Below are positions 18,701 to 32,279 of a DNA stretch of 64,000 bases, one piece after another. Each line of letters starts with the position of its first letter. Within the stretch, counting starts at the first letter, position 1. The position numbers and the translations under genes were made by a program. Below the pieces are notes generated by a model that ran no database searches, was not told the DNA's origin, and saw nothing but the letters and a program-made list of their open reading frames with translations. The DNA comes from Tubiluchus corallicola (taxonomy: Eukaryota; Animalia; Priapulida), in the NCBI GenBank assembly GCA_030141605.1, contig JAQGDQ010000028.1, forward strand, positions 806,001 to 870,000, written 5' to 3'.

Positions 18701-21700
18701 TTAATACTTTCGAATCATGTTTTAGCAAAAAAAAGTTTTGATTTCTATACTTTGCAACTATTTTAAATAGGACTAACTTTTGCTTCCTGCTTCTGTTTCC
18801 GTTTCAGTTCTTTATTGTGGTTTTTGGCATCCTTCATTTTCTGCTCTTCATCATTCTCAGCATATGCCATCACTTCTTTCTTTGTCTCACTCTGTGGTTT
18901 CGATGTTTCAAGTTCTGTTGCTATTTCTGCTTTACTATCTTCCATGCCTGATTGTTGTTCAAGATTAGTACCTACAATAAGTTGCTCCTTCTCGTCCTTC
19001 GAAACATGCTCTGCATTTCTGAGCCTAGCCAACAGTTCTGGGGGAAGTTGGGGTCCCTTTATGACAAGTCTCGCATCTCTTTGTTTGACTTGGAATCTGC
19101 GTGGTTCTTCGAAAATTTTCTAAATGATGACAACAGTAATTCAAGCTGACATATCAAGCGTTACATGAACATAGCTAATTCAACGTAGGCTCAAGCTTAA
19201 CAAGGCAAAAAAACAAACAAACTCAATTACGTGCTCCGAAAGTAAAATTAAAAATAACTGCACCTACAGCAACACACACGAAGTCTTTAAGTCTCTGGAA
19301 AACCATCCTCTACTCTTTAAAACAAAAGCCAATTGTCTTAGGAAGGTGAACTTATTTTAATATTTGAGAAATGTTAGAAAATTTCGGCATTAAAACTGTA
19401 TGACAGCAGTAAAATGTGGTAAGCACCTTGTGCAATTGTTGCGATCACTTCTCACTTTATTTTGAATGGAAAATGGTATCATCAGGTTACTGTGCAATAC
19501 AAATACTTATCCTGCCAGGTGCTTGGGCGAATTTCTTTTGCAGCTACAATCCAAACCATTAAATGAGAGATTATTAATACTATTTTTTGCTTTTTGATGA
19601 ATCCCGTTGCCTTTCTAAATGTTAATCTAAATTTCTATTCAAGTCAATTATCAACTCACCTTTGATTCATCACTTTTATTAGAAACATCCAATTTTCCAC
19701 TGTCAGTTTTTTCTGTTTCTTCTTCTTCCTCCACCTCCTTTTCATCATCTTCTTCTGTTTCTTTACTTTCTGCTTTATTCTTAGTTACTGTAGCTATTTG
19801 GACTGAATCTTCAGAGGGAAATGAAGATGGTCTTGCAATTTCACTAACCTGTAAGCAAGTACTTCATTCTAACCTGATTGCCAAGATGCTATAACAAATT
19901 TCACTTAAGACTATTTGAATGTAATAATCTACACTACCAAATTTACAATATTCATATTTTACAAATACGTATATAATGTTTCACAAACACAACTAATCCT
20001 GCTCATCCTTCTAATCCTGCTAATTTCAAGACAGACTTTTAAGTCTTTTGCCTTAACTAACTAAACTATGTTATGCACACATTTTTTCACAGTATGTTAT
20101 TATTAAAGGAAAAGTAAAAGGTTTATTTTTTGACATAAAAATCAAATGCTTTTTATACCAAACTATATTACCCAGCAGTTTTCCTGATGGTCAAACACTC
20201 ACTTACTGCACAGGCACAGCATTATTTAACCATGCACCTTGCCACTCAGCTAACATGCTCATTTCTTCATGCAGCGTCTCAGGTCATAAGAAAAATTTAC
20301 AAAGTGGTTTTCTAAACAGTTTGTGGATTTTTTGTCTAAACATATTTTATTAAGCTCAGAATTAACATAAAGCATTATAATCCTTAACTAAAGTTTCCTC
20401 TGAGGTAATAAATTGAACTTGACATACACAGAAAAAAATCACAAGTATATCATAATGATGCAGTAGACAAATTTTAACAGCTAAAGGTGAAATTACATAG
20501 GTAAGCTATGGCATTTTACAAGTCATTACAACATAGAATATCAAAGTGGTCTCTTAGATTCTGTAATAAAATTTTTTGAATCCGTCAGTTAAGCTTCATT
20601 AATAGATACTGGTAAGGCATCGGAGCCATATATAGGTAACTTCATCTTTTCCACAGCAGTTAAGTTATAAAAGTTTAAAAAGGCTGAAGTAAAGAAAATA
20701 CATTACCAATATAATTGATTCTACAATTGGCATAAGCACAGCAATATAACAGGAAATGAGCATGATTTTCAATGCATAATTTACAATTACTGCAGGCATG
20801 TGAAGGACATGTGAAGGACATAGAAAATAGTTTAAAGCATTTTTATCAAGACGTAATCTACATGTCAAAGTTTAAGCATAAAGTGGCCCTGTAAAGTAGT
20901 AGGATCGATATTTGGGAAGAAGACTACAGATTAGAGCTTTTTTAAAACTATACAGGGAAGCTGAGTTTTGTATTTCAGTATTTAAATGAGTTTACAGCAA
21001 GAAGGAATAAAACTTGTTTGAAAATACATGGTGTTACACGTTATCAGTGTTCTCAGAGGTACTCGGTGGTAACAAATCACCAAGATAAGCAGGACAAATA
21101 CCATTGACAATCTTATAAAACAGTGACAGTTTGTGAATATACCGTCTGTCATTCATACGATCCCATGAAAGATCATTAAGCAACTTATCACTACTACTAC
21201 TATCAAGTACTGCTCCAGTAACGACAAGAGAGGCATGATAATGGACAAGCTCAACAGCAGAAGCGCTAACATCACAGAATAACATCACAATATTCCAGTA
21301 AAGGCCAAACAAAAGATTTATACAATTTATATGAACTTCTTTCTAAAAGATTTTTAATCTTACGCAGCAGATCTAAATGTTTTAAGGCTTTGGCCAGTAA
21401 TTCATTAATGTGAGTAGTCCAAATAAGTGTAGGTAAGAATTCGGCTAAATATTTGTGTTGCAAATAATTATCAATTTTGTCATTGCCCAAAAACAAATGT
21501 GGATGGAAAGGAAACATAATTTTATGGGAAAATATCACTGATTCAGTTTTCTTAGCATTGAATGTAACAAGCCACACTTCCGCCCAATTGATATGAATTT
21601 GATCTAGATCATGTTGTAAAATATTACATGAAACAACTGGATCGTCAATATTTGCTTTATGCAGGTGTCATCGGCAAATAGTCTCATATCCGATATAATT

Positions 21701-24700
21701 CCAGTAGTAATGTCATCGATAAAAATCAAAAACAAAAGAGGGCCTAAAACTGACATTTGAGGGACACCAGCATAAATCTGCTCGGTTTGAGAACTACATC
21801 CATTTAAAGTTACTTTCTGCTTCCTGAATGATAAATCAGAAGTAAGCCATGACAAAACTTTACCATTTATACTACATGCAATAACTTTAGCCAAAAGACC
21901 CTTATGCCATACACGATTAAATGCTTTAGAAATGTCTAAAAACACAGATCTCACTACACAACCTGAATCCAGGGCTTCATAGATAGAATGTACAAAATAT
22001 ATCAACTAATTTCTAGGGGAATCACCAGTTATGAAGCCAGACTGTTTAGAGGATAAAAGATTATTATTACACAAATGATTATAAATATGTTTAAATACAA
22101 TTTTTTCTAAAATTTTCAATACACAGGGTAGTAGAGACACTTGTCTATAATTTGATATCAAATACTGCTCGCCTTTTTTGTATAAAGGCACAACATTTGC
22201 ACACTTCCATATAGCAGGAAAAATGCCACAGATAATGAAATAACTGTACTAATAATTTACAAAATACGTGTGCTGACAATTTAAGCATCTTATTAGTTAT
22301 ACAATCTGCCCTACTAGCTTTAGAAGTATCTAAAGACAAAAGAAGATCTCTCGCAGTTTGCGCATTCGACTTGTTGTGGTTTATAGAAAACAGTAAAACA
22401 AAATTACCTGGAATTAACTAGAAAACTGCAGTAATACATAACCTGTTTTGCTCGTTTCATGGTTCCTGTAAGGCCCTTGATTTTTTCAGATTGTAGACTA
22501 GACTTTTTTTCAACTTTTTCCAAGTTTTTAGACTGACTGAAAAATGTCCAATTAAAACAAAATTATAAAAATTTAGCAGATGTACTTAAGGTTTGTTTTA
22601 GAAACTTGTCATCCCTGTTAACAAAGTATATACTCACCTAGGAATGTTCAGCCTAGAAAGCTGATTTCAGTTAGCAAGTGTCATTTAGTTAGAAAAAATG
22701 ATATTGCTTCAGGGAACAGATGTTGTGAAGTATATGAGCTACAACAAAGACCAATAAAAAGGGGCTGACATGCCAAATCTGTCTTTCTCAACATGTCGTG
22801 TTCTAGCAATTCTACAGAAACAAAGTAAAAAAACAGTGGACATAAAGACAATTAGATCAACTGACAGATAACTAAAAAAACCAAGCCTCGCTTGATCTGG
22901 TCAACAGTTTTAGCCAGGTCAATAACAAAAGTGTGATATTCTTAACCTTTGCCTCTGAGTGACCCAGTCAATTGTTGCTGTTTGTTGTGTGCTTTAAATG
23001 TATTTTAATCAGATAAGAACTGCACATATTTTGTATTCAGTTTGGCACTCTGTAATATTAGAGACAGCGTTCATTGGCAGAGTCTACAGACAGTTGTGGC
23101 ACAACTGGAATCTGACTTGTCAAGAATGATAATCATCTAAGGTGAGACATGGAATGAGTGTCTGTGTTTAGCTGTGGTCAGATGAGTGAAACATTGTGTT
23201 TCAGTGAAATAATTTACAGGGCTTAGTATGGCAGATTGATTCATCCACCTTTTTTCAGGCAATTACCACCTATTCAATGATCAGGCTCAGGGTTGTCTAA
23301 CTTTGGTTGCTAAGTAACACCATGACCTCTCAGTTATTCTTGTCACCCTAGCATACTTGTGTGTACTAATACACTTCTCAAAAAAGGAGATGCTTTTTGA
23401 TATATATGTTTTTAAAGCAAACATTGTAGAAAACGCACGATTTCAGTTGAAGCAAGGGGACAGATTTAGCTAGATTCATAATCTTACTTAGAAACTTACT
23501 GTTTTAGCTGAGGCAAAGAAGCAGGTTTAGCTAGATTCACCATTTTGCTCAGCCTCGCTTGTTCTTTTCTCAACTCCATCAGCTGCACCTTGAGTTTAAT
23601 ACGTTCTTTGTGATCAAGACCCACACCTCTTTTTATTCTCAGCATGAAGGCATCGAGAGAGTCTCCCTCTCCAGATTCCAAACTTTCTGCAAGAGGAAAA
23701 GCAAAATTTAGACTTTAACTGTAATCAGGAAACATTGTTTTAAATGCACATGAAAAGGACAGGGAATCAACATTAGAATTTATTCAATTTATTTTTTTCT
23801 TCATGCATGAAAAATAGGAACAATCACGAACATAAACATTTTTTTACATTGGCTGTGTGCATAATGGAACAGCGCACAAAATTTGGATTCTGGGACACTT
23901 GGGCCCTAGACATACAATTGCGCCAAAGACAACTGGGTCCCAACTATTTGGGTCATAGATATTTAGGCCCAAAACAATCGGGCCCCAACATTTGGATCCC
24001 AAATATTTGGGCTCCAGGATTTGGGCAGTAGCATTTGGACGTGGATATTTTTACTTCAAACATTTTTTATCATTGACTTCAGATGAAAGTGCAAGATCTA
24101 GTGCATCTTTTCGAGGCTGTGTGCAATATTTGAGTCACAGGTAAACAAGACACTAAATTTATATTCTGGTAAAGCAAAACTGTGTGTGCTTTTGGCATAA
24201 AAACGCATGTGCTGCAGTGGTGCACCAAACTTGTGCAAAATCACCATGAAGTGTAGAATGTAATAACTTTAGTCTAAAAATCTTCTTATTCATCAATGCG
24301 TCCAACTTTTTTGTTTTCATTTACGATTCTGCACGGGTAACTGGTGTTGTAACAGAAATCCTAGTTCTTGTTGTCGACCAGGGCGGTTTCATGACTACTG
24401 CACAAATGAAGATAAGCTTTAAACTTGATATTTGAATCTTAAACTTAAAATTTGCTGAGTTTTTGTATATCATACTGAATGATGTACATTAGCAGTATAC
24501 TTTAATTTTCTCTTTCGTAAATATGTGTTCTTTGAATGCTTGTGCAGTTAAAAATTCTGTTCAGTTGTAGCGTCATCATTAGCTGGGCCCGCCTGGCATT
24601 AATTAAGTCTTTAACCTATTACTTAATTATCAGAAATGCTTTGGTATTATTATAGGTCATAAAATGTATACCTTTTGCATACTTCAAAATGTGGTAGGAT

Positions 24701-27700
24701 ATGAAATATCATCCTGTCTTTCTCCAAGCAGTACAAGTGCTATATAAAATTTTCACAGGAGCACTACCTGTCTACTTACTTACCTGCTTACCTAACTACC
24801 TATTACGTACCCAAATGTCCGGGGCCGAAATGCTGGGGCCCAAATAGGGCTCTAGTACAGGTACCAGTAAACCAAAATTTGCAGTACAACAGTGTAACTG
24901 GTTGCAAATGCCCAAACACTTTAGTGGACCTTATTGTACGATTTCAAAACTGAGTGACAAATTATGATAAAAATCGTAACCAATATCACTTGCTCTGTAG
25001 TAAAACAGGTAGCAATGAGGTTATCATAAAAGACAAGATATAAAAATGTTATTGAAATAATATAAAAGGAATGTATAGTTCAAAATTTAAAGACAGACCT
25101 TGTTTTGCACGTTGTAGTCGGTCTTCAATTTCTTCCATTTCACTTTCAACTTTTACTAACTTTCCGAGCAAAGACTCGTAGGTCTCAACCATCTAAGTTT
25201 AAAAAAATTCAAAATTTAAAAAAAAATATAGCACACACATTGAATGATTCACAAGCAAGACTTACATATATTTTGCTATAGTATTTTTACAAAGTTTAAG
25301 TAACACTGCAGCAATTTCAAACCAATGTATGGGAAACATTTCAGCTGTTGTCTACTTCAATCAAACTGCTTAAGTAGCAACTCCAAGTTACTGAAGTTGT
25401 AGGCATTACTGATTGTTATTGCTGTAAAGATGTGTATAATTTCCTACTGTTATTCATAATTCCTTACTGCTTATTTAAAACCACAGTTCAAGAATTAACA
25501 ATATTGTTAACATTTGTTACAATCTAGTTTTTCATGCATAGAAATCTGAGGGGTGATCAATGCCAAGGCATCACTTAGTCAAGGTCTGATTACAGGAAAC
25601 CAGTTTAAATTAAATTTTGTGAAATCAGCTAAGTTAAAAAATGACCTTTTCTTCTTTGCCGGCTCGCTTAATTCTTTGCTTACGCTTCGCTTCGATGGTC
25701 CCAGTGCGATCCAGAAATTCGTCATCTTCACTGCTATAATAATCGTCTTCTTCTTTCTTCTTCAGCTTCTTTTTGTGGCTTTCTGTTGATAATAAAACAA
25801 AGAAATGAATTTACTTAGATACCTCAAGACCTAAGTCAGTCAACTATTTGTATAACCCATTTTTGGCAATCACTGGTTAACTATATGACATAATCTTTCA
25901 ATTTTGAAGAAATTTTAGTGTATTTGCTATGATTTAACAGTTTTTGCTCGGTCTAGAGGTTAAAAGATTGCACATAATTTGATTTTGGCCAGGAATCATC
26001 CGATCAGCTTGAGTCAGACTCCATTATAGGATGACAGAAGTTTCCTTTTACAACAGACTGTAACTTTTGAATTTAAGCAATCATTTGTGTTATCAGTGTG
26101 CCTTCACTGAACTTTTGATTTCTTTCATGAAGGAAATTTGTTTACATTACGATGAACCAACATTATAGCAGATTAAGAAACCATCAATACCAAATAAGAC
26201 AGCAAGTCAAAAACATACTGCATGCCGGAACTGCATTTTTGAAAATGTAATACCACGAAATATTAGCGTTACAAAATTTTTGTGAAGAAAAAACAAATGA
26301 TTTTTTTACCATGAAACTACATTTAGCAATTGCTTTCTGTTATTACTTATATTGCTAACCATTCCATAAACGTTGGCATAAAACACGAGAACTTAGATAT
26401 TATTCTGGCTATTGTATAACTAGATATACACCAATTACTAAATTAATGTAAAATCACTAACTTGTGCCAACTTTTACTAGGTGAAAACCTAGTCTGAATT
26501 GTAAACAACAGAGCTAATAGTAAGATGAAGAACACGTTTCGCGTGACTTGTATTGACAATGAACTCCAGAATAATGTGTTATCTTTGGTTATGCTACTCA
26601 TAAAATAATTTTTGAAAAAAAAATTATGTGAAATAGCACCGCTAACCGACCTTTCCGAATGTTTTAATTTTTTATAATTGTATTGCAAAGTGCAATGAAA
26701 TACCAGATAAAACTTTCCATTATAACATGATACGGATATTATCATTGTATCAATAGTGCAAGACCAAAAAAAGAACAAATACACATGGCTTATATAGAAT
26801 TCGTCCTCTAAAATTCAACACTAAATTGCCAAGATATAACTTATAAATTTTTAAAATACTCAGAAATTCAGCACTTACCATGTTGGGCTTGTCTTAGTAA
26901 CCCATGCGCATCGAGAGTACGACAGGCTTCTAAAGCCCCCTGCAGAACAGCTTCTTTCTTCTTTCCAGTAACTGTCGCCTCGGCATAAATAGATTCTCCC
27001 AAATGATTTTCTATTGGAAGTCTTAAATATATATAGAAAATAGAAACTTTTTATCTTCCATACAGTAAAAATAACCTTCATCAAGTATTACTGGAATAGC
27101 ATGTTTTGTTAAAGAATTTTTTTTACATTGGTGCGAAAAATGGCTATTGCAGTACGAACCTAGAAACTGTGATTAGACTCAACTTGAAACAATGCCGCTT
27201 AAAGGTTATGTACAAATATTATAATGCTGTATTAACATTATTGAATTCCTGTTTATATTGTAAATGCCACAGGCTCTGACTGATTATGTAGTACTGGGGT
27301 GAGAGCTTTGTCAGGTTGAGTCATAGCTCAAATGGTAGAAGATGTGCCACGAAAGCAAATCGTGGTTAATTCCATGTTTTTCGGTATCTCCGTCTGTTAA
27401 TTAGCTGTTAGTATAATTGTTGGTAAACATGTCATTCCATATGTGTGTATGAATGTTTGTGAAATTGTTTTTGTTGCATTGATACCTTTAATTGCTTTTC
27501 CTTTTGGTAGACATGCAAATATACCAACCAAATGTGCACGGACATTGCGTAGAGTTAACCTCAATGTAGCCATCATGTATATAGATTTTGAAGGGAGACC
27601 AGATGGGGAATCTTACCACAAGATTATTTCACAAATAAAACCGAGACAACTGGTAAGATTGAGAGTTGGGTAGGGACATAAGTCAATTTCACTGTCATAG

Positions 27701-30700
27701 TGTTGTAGTTTATTTTTTAATTTATTTGTAGTTCACTCTTACCTGACAGTAGTTTATTTGGCATAATACTGAACGTATTTGTATGGTAACAGTTATTTTA
27801 CTCCATGGATAACCAATCTAAATTAGATTCAAAGAAGGAAAAGGTACAATGAAGAGTGCAAAAAATGAAAAACGACAAAATTTCGAAATATGTATCATAT
27901 CAATTTATAAGGTAGTTTCAAATCATAAGGTATTTTTTTTAATGTATAAAGAGATTAAATTAAAACGAAATACATATTTTTCAAATCATAAGGTAATTTT
28001 TTTAATGTATAAAGAGATTAAATGAAAACGCAAGAGATAAGTGCTTCAAAATGATTCAACAACATGAAATATTGATAAGAAATCTATCTAGCTATGGCAC
28101 ATTTTTTAAATTATTTAACTCAAGTGCAGATCACATTGATGTGTTTAGGAGCTGCGCAACAAATGATTTGCTGCATTGAGTATACGGACTATACATATCT
28201 GGCCTGTCTGCATATGCCTGACAACATAAAGCCTCTTAAATTCTTCATGTCATGCAGTTAGTAGCAAATTTTAGTAGCTGACCATTTATAACATTTGCAT
28301 TGCATCTAAGTTGCAATATTTTTTTAAGATACTAGTCCATGGCACACCGGAGTCTACACACGCTCTAGCTGACTTCTGTCGCACAACTCCCGGAATCGTA
28401 CAGGAACGTGTCTTCACCCCACACCTGCATGAAGTCATTGATGCAACAACGGAGAGTCATATTTATCAGGCATTAATGTAAATCATTAACTTAATGCCTG
28501 CTGGAAAAGTACACAAATATTCCAAACAATGAGCATGACATAGTCACATGGCCTAGCTAGTAAATAACATAAAGCCTCCAATTTTCCATCTACTCAAATC
28601 ATCTTCAACATTTTATACTGTCTCTGGTCTGATTAAGAATGCCATAAGATCTAAAAGTGAACTGCAATTGAGAAATAAACAACTAGAGAAAGACAGATTG
28701 AAAGTTTCTTTATTCACCCAGCATGTACATTTTACCTAACTCATACACATAACTCCTTAAACACTATGAATTAGACCACATAAAACTTACTTTATCCGAC
28801 AATGAAATTGCTTGTTATGGGAAGGACCTTTCTCTGTGACCTCATAATTCAATTCCAAACCTGACAAAATAAAAAATCTGAAGACAGCTTGATAATCATA
28901 TAAACAGTGTTAGAAATACTGTTTCTAAGCTCTTTAAATCAATAATTTTAAGCTAAGGTACCAAAACAGCAAAAGTTGCATTATGCACTATTGCATTAAT
29001 ATTGAAGTAAGCAGAATTTCTGGTACATACACACAACATCCAAAGACTAGTATGTGCATAATCAAAACACAGCATATCAAAACTAGAATCCTTTGCCTTG
29101 AACTCAGTATTAATAACTGCAATCATACTTGGAATACCGAGTATGACCACATCACCATTGTACAGTTCACAATTCACATATTATCCTCAAACAAGTTCGC
29201 TGTTCAATATTATGTAAACAGTTACCTTCTCTTTCAAAAAATCCTCGAAGAGTTTTCTTTGGATCTTTGTATTCTCTTCGAGACGTGTCTATTAGGTCAG
29301 CAAAAGGATTTTCAGCATTCGGATCCTCCTCTATCGCATCCTCCCCTAAAGAAATCCACAGTAAACAAAATAAAAGCAATGTACAAATCAAAAACAAGTA
29401 TCAAGGAAAATGCATAAATTGGTTGCAGATCCTGAAAAACATTTTCAGAAAATTTCATACATGTTACTAACAAAAAAAAGAAAGTGACTTGAAGCATGTG
29501 ACGTGCTTTTTTTGGAAAATTTAGCACTCATGCTTTCTATCTACCTGATCTAATCATAGTGTGTGTTATGCATAAAGTAGGCCAGTTATATAAACTTGAA
29601 GTCAAGTTAGGACAAAGAATTCTATACAACAGAAGCGAGTTATGGTTTTAAGGTAACAAAGATCATGGTACTTAAGACAGCTGATGCACCCAAAGCCTCT
29701 ATAATAGTAACAACAGCAACATTCCGAAGGCCTAAATAGAAGAATTACATAACGTACCAGATTTCGCATCAAGTTTCAACCAAAATTTGCTGAATTACAG
29801 TCTAAGAAAGCTGGCATTTTCGTAATAAATATTAGTATGATATAGGTCACAGAAAAATTAACAAAGCAAGAAATACTGTTATTTAAAAAAAAATCAAACC
29901 AAATACCTCAAAGCACCTGTAAATAATAATCATAAAAACCAGTTGTAGGCATCGAACTCTAGCAAAAATAAAAATGCAAGACTGCATAGGTTTACCCAGA
30001 GGGTCTGAAGTAATTTTTTTAACAATGAGCATGCAAAAGCTACACAAGCTAAAACCCAATTACAGGACTTTAAGTAAAAATAAAGACAGGTGAGTTCAAA
30101 ACTATTTCATTCAAATTATTCAGTTTAAGAAGTAAAAGTTCGCTTCTTTATATATCACGTCAACTTTTCAAGAGATGGGTAAAATTCACAACCAAGACAT
30201 AGCTTACCCATTCCCCAATCAATGCCCGTGCTTTCTTCTATTTTGTACTTATTCTGCTTCTCTGCAGTATGATCAGCATCATCATTACTGTCATTGGCAT
30301 CAAAATCTGACTTCATATCTGCCTCCATTCTTTGTCTCACTTCTTTCAGCTGAGTGACACTAAGTTCTGATTCAGCTTCCTCATCTTCAGGTGGCCCCTA
30401 ATGAAGAAACTTATTCATTAGTCAACCTATAAGCGACCATGTAATTATGCCACAAAGTATTTTAATATATCAAACAACATTTTTCATATAGTTCGCCACA
30501 CTGCATTTTGAGGTCAAACACTCATTGAAATGACTGTTGGCAGAACAGGAACATATCTCATTATTCAGGATAATTCTCTAAAATTATCCTACATAATCCT
30601 CTGAGACACTGGTCAGACAAATACGTCACAGTTACATTTAGATGAATATGGATCCTTTACCAATAAAGTAAATACCCTCGAGCAGTATAGTAAATGAAAC

Positions 30701-32279
30701 TGGCCAGAGCAAATATTGAACGCAATTTTTATCTATCCATTCACTGACCAGTTCAGTGTTGCTTAACTTCAGTTGATAAATGCACACAGCAACCACTTGG
30801 CTCTTCATTTCACATTGCTCCAAAAGTAATATTTAATAATACAACTACTGCCTAAGAACAAGTAGTGATATGTTTTCGAAAAACAAATATTTAGTTGAAA
30901 ATGAATGAAAACATGATAAAATGCATGGTGTTAAATGTTTGTTTATATTCAGCTAAAAATCTTGATTCAACAGTATTGCTTACCCAAACTAATATGAGAC
31001 ATATTTAGAAAAGTTAGAAGTTATTGGCCAACTAAAATGTGAACAGCGAATGTGCCTAGAGGCTGAAGCTTTTCAAATTTTGAACTTTATGTGAAAAAAA
31101 AGACCTACATATTTCATTGTATAACATGTAACAGCAGGAATGTCTTTTACCTTATTTTATCTTATTCACTTATAAGAAAAACTTAACAAAGCTATGGTTA
31201 GTTTTTATCTATTATTATTGTATAATGTTATGAAGCAGTCTCCTGTAAATACAAGAAATTGCCACATCTGTCATAGGCTACATAGACTATAGTATATGAT
31301 TAGCATTACATTACATATTTCATACTCCATGTCTTACGGTAATTTGCCATGCCAACCTATCAAATTTTTTGCTCAGGCTTTTCATCAAAAACACAGTAAT
31401 GTGAGAGCTTATTGGACATTGAAATCTATTAAATATTTAAGAAAGAAACCAGTCATAAAGACATAAATTTCATCTAGTAGAAATATTTACCTGCAAAATG
31501 AACAATCTTGAGCTGCCTCCAAATTTGACGACATGACCAACATGTAACCGTGTATACATTCTCCCCGGTACTTGCTCTTTATTAACAGTTGTGCCGTGTG
31601 TACTGTCCAGATCATACAAGTAAAACCCACAAAGGTCAGTGTCATTGGCTCGATACTGCACTACAGCATGATAGCGAGAAATAGATGGATGCTCTAACTG
31701 CACGTCACAGCACGTCAGACGACCAAAAGAATAAAATGACTTTTTTGACAAATCAACGGTACTTATAACTGTGCCATTTTTAATGATCTCAAAATTATAT
31801 TTCTTATCTGGAACACCAGCCCACTGAGGTTCCTTATACGGAAGTGGCAATGTCCTGTCCTGGAGTTGTTCTGCGGGTGACTTTTTATTTTTTGTGACAC
31901 TTTCTGATGTTGCCAAATGTTCACTTGAGCATGGCAAAGTTTCTTTAAACCGAGAATCCTTGTTTAAGGAATTGTTATCTAACGTGGGTTCTAGTGGTGT
32001 CTCTTGAACTGAACTCTTGATGTTCTCAATAGTTGCTTTGTCATTGTCAAATTCACCTGAACTAGGAATTTCAGCATTTTCTGGTGGAGTTCTTTTCAAA
32101 TTTATTTTGTTTTGTAATTTTTGTCTGTTGGTGCCTAGTCTCGGACCAATCACGGGCAATTTAAACAAAATTTTATCGCTACTGATACCCGATTCCTGTT
32201 TTCTGTCACTGTCATCATTACATGGTGCAATGACACCTTCAGGTTCTGCTGTGAGTTTCACTTGCTTTTCGTTTTCCAT
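15794..32279 (-). CDS. SLC4A1AP: Kanadaptin (FHA domain, dsRBD-like region, coiled coil), ~830 aa
   Basis: 13 coding exons, all phase-compatible: 32279-31491, 30397-30208, 29345-29226, 28860-28791, 27021-26879, 25782-25646, 25192-25099, 23686-23500, 22536-22443, 19848-19660, 19119-18778, 18366-18279, 15843-15794. FHA motif FGRLTCCDVQLEHPSISRYHAVVQ...DLDSTHGTTVN; also DWGMGEDA, YKDPKKTLRGFFEREG, YYSSEDDEFLDRTG, DSLDAFM, and the C-terminus WLPPSDQSGDGRTNLNEKFGY*. Confidence 0.95.
20900..22345 (-). mobile_element. Frameshifted CR1/L2-type LINE reverse-transcriptase remnant in SLC4A1AP intron 9
   Basis: Consecutive broken ORFs contain NYRQVSLLPCVLKILEK, QSGF, VFLDISKAFNRVWHKGLL, GVPQxSVLGPLLFLIFIDD, FADDT, WLVTFNAKKT and PLLEYCDV. 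Confidence 0.92.
23877..24881. mobile_element. Non-autonomous Mutator-like/foldback element with a 9-bp target-site duplication, in SLC4A1AP intron 7
   Basis: Identical CAAAATTTG at 23877-23885 and 24873-24881. The left arm has about ten ~15-bp units such as ACATTTGGGCCCC (23890-24045); the right arm has inverted units GGGGCCCAAAT (24805-24872). Confidence 0.65.
27318..27375 (+). mobile_element. tRNA-derived SINE head remnant
   Basis: A-box-like TAGCTCAAATGGTAGA at 27324-27339 and B-box-like GGTTAATTCC at 27364-27373; no complete cloverleaf. Confidence 0.4.
27511..28469 (+). pseudogene. CPSF2: Two-exon fragment of cleavage and polyadenylation specificity factor subunit 2 (CPSF100), antisense within SLC4A1AP intron 4
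   Basis: Exon 27511-27652 (TAG acceptor, GTAAG donor) encodes HANIPTKCARTLRRVNLNVAIMYIDFEGRPDGESYHKIISQIKPRQL. Exon 28329-28469 encodes ILVHGTPESTHALADFCRTTPGIVQERVFTPHLHEVIDATTESHIYQ. These match CPSF2 PTKC...YIDYEGRSDG...KPRQLIIVHG...DATSETHIYQ. No other CPSF2 exons, start or stop were found in the window. Confidence 0.88.
27916..28031. repeat. Local tandem duplication, period 63 bp
   Basis: TTTCAAATCATAAGGTA(T)nAATGTATAAAGAGATTAAAT-AAAACG begins at 27916 and again at 27979. Confidence 0.85.

Noticed and set aside
18780-19149. + strand ORFs here and at 5805-6066 and 32017-32472
   Set aside because: Antisense shadows of real SLC4A1AP and YY1 exons.
19505-19545. Possible extra kanadaptin micro-exon (LQKKFAQAPGRI)
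   Set aside because: Its GT donor would be phase 1, whereas the flanking exons already join in phase 0.
27318-27390. tRNA gene
   Set aside because: A- and B-box-like motifs only; no acceptor or anticodon stems. Treated as a SINE remnant.
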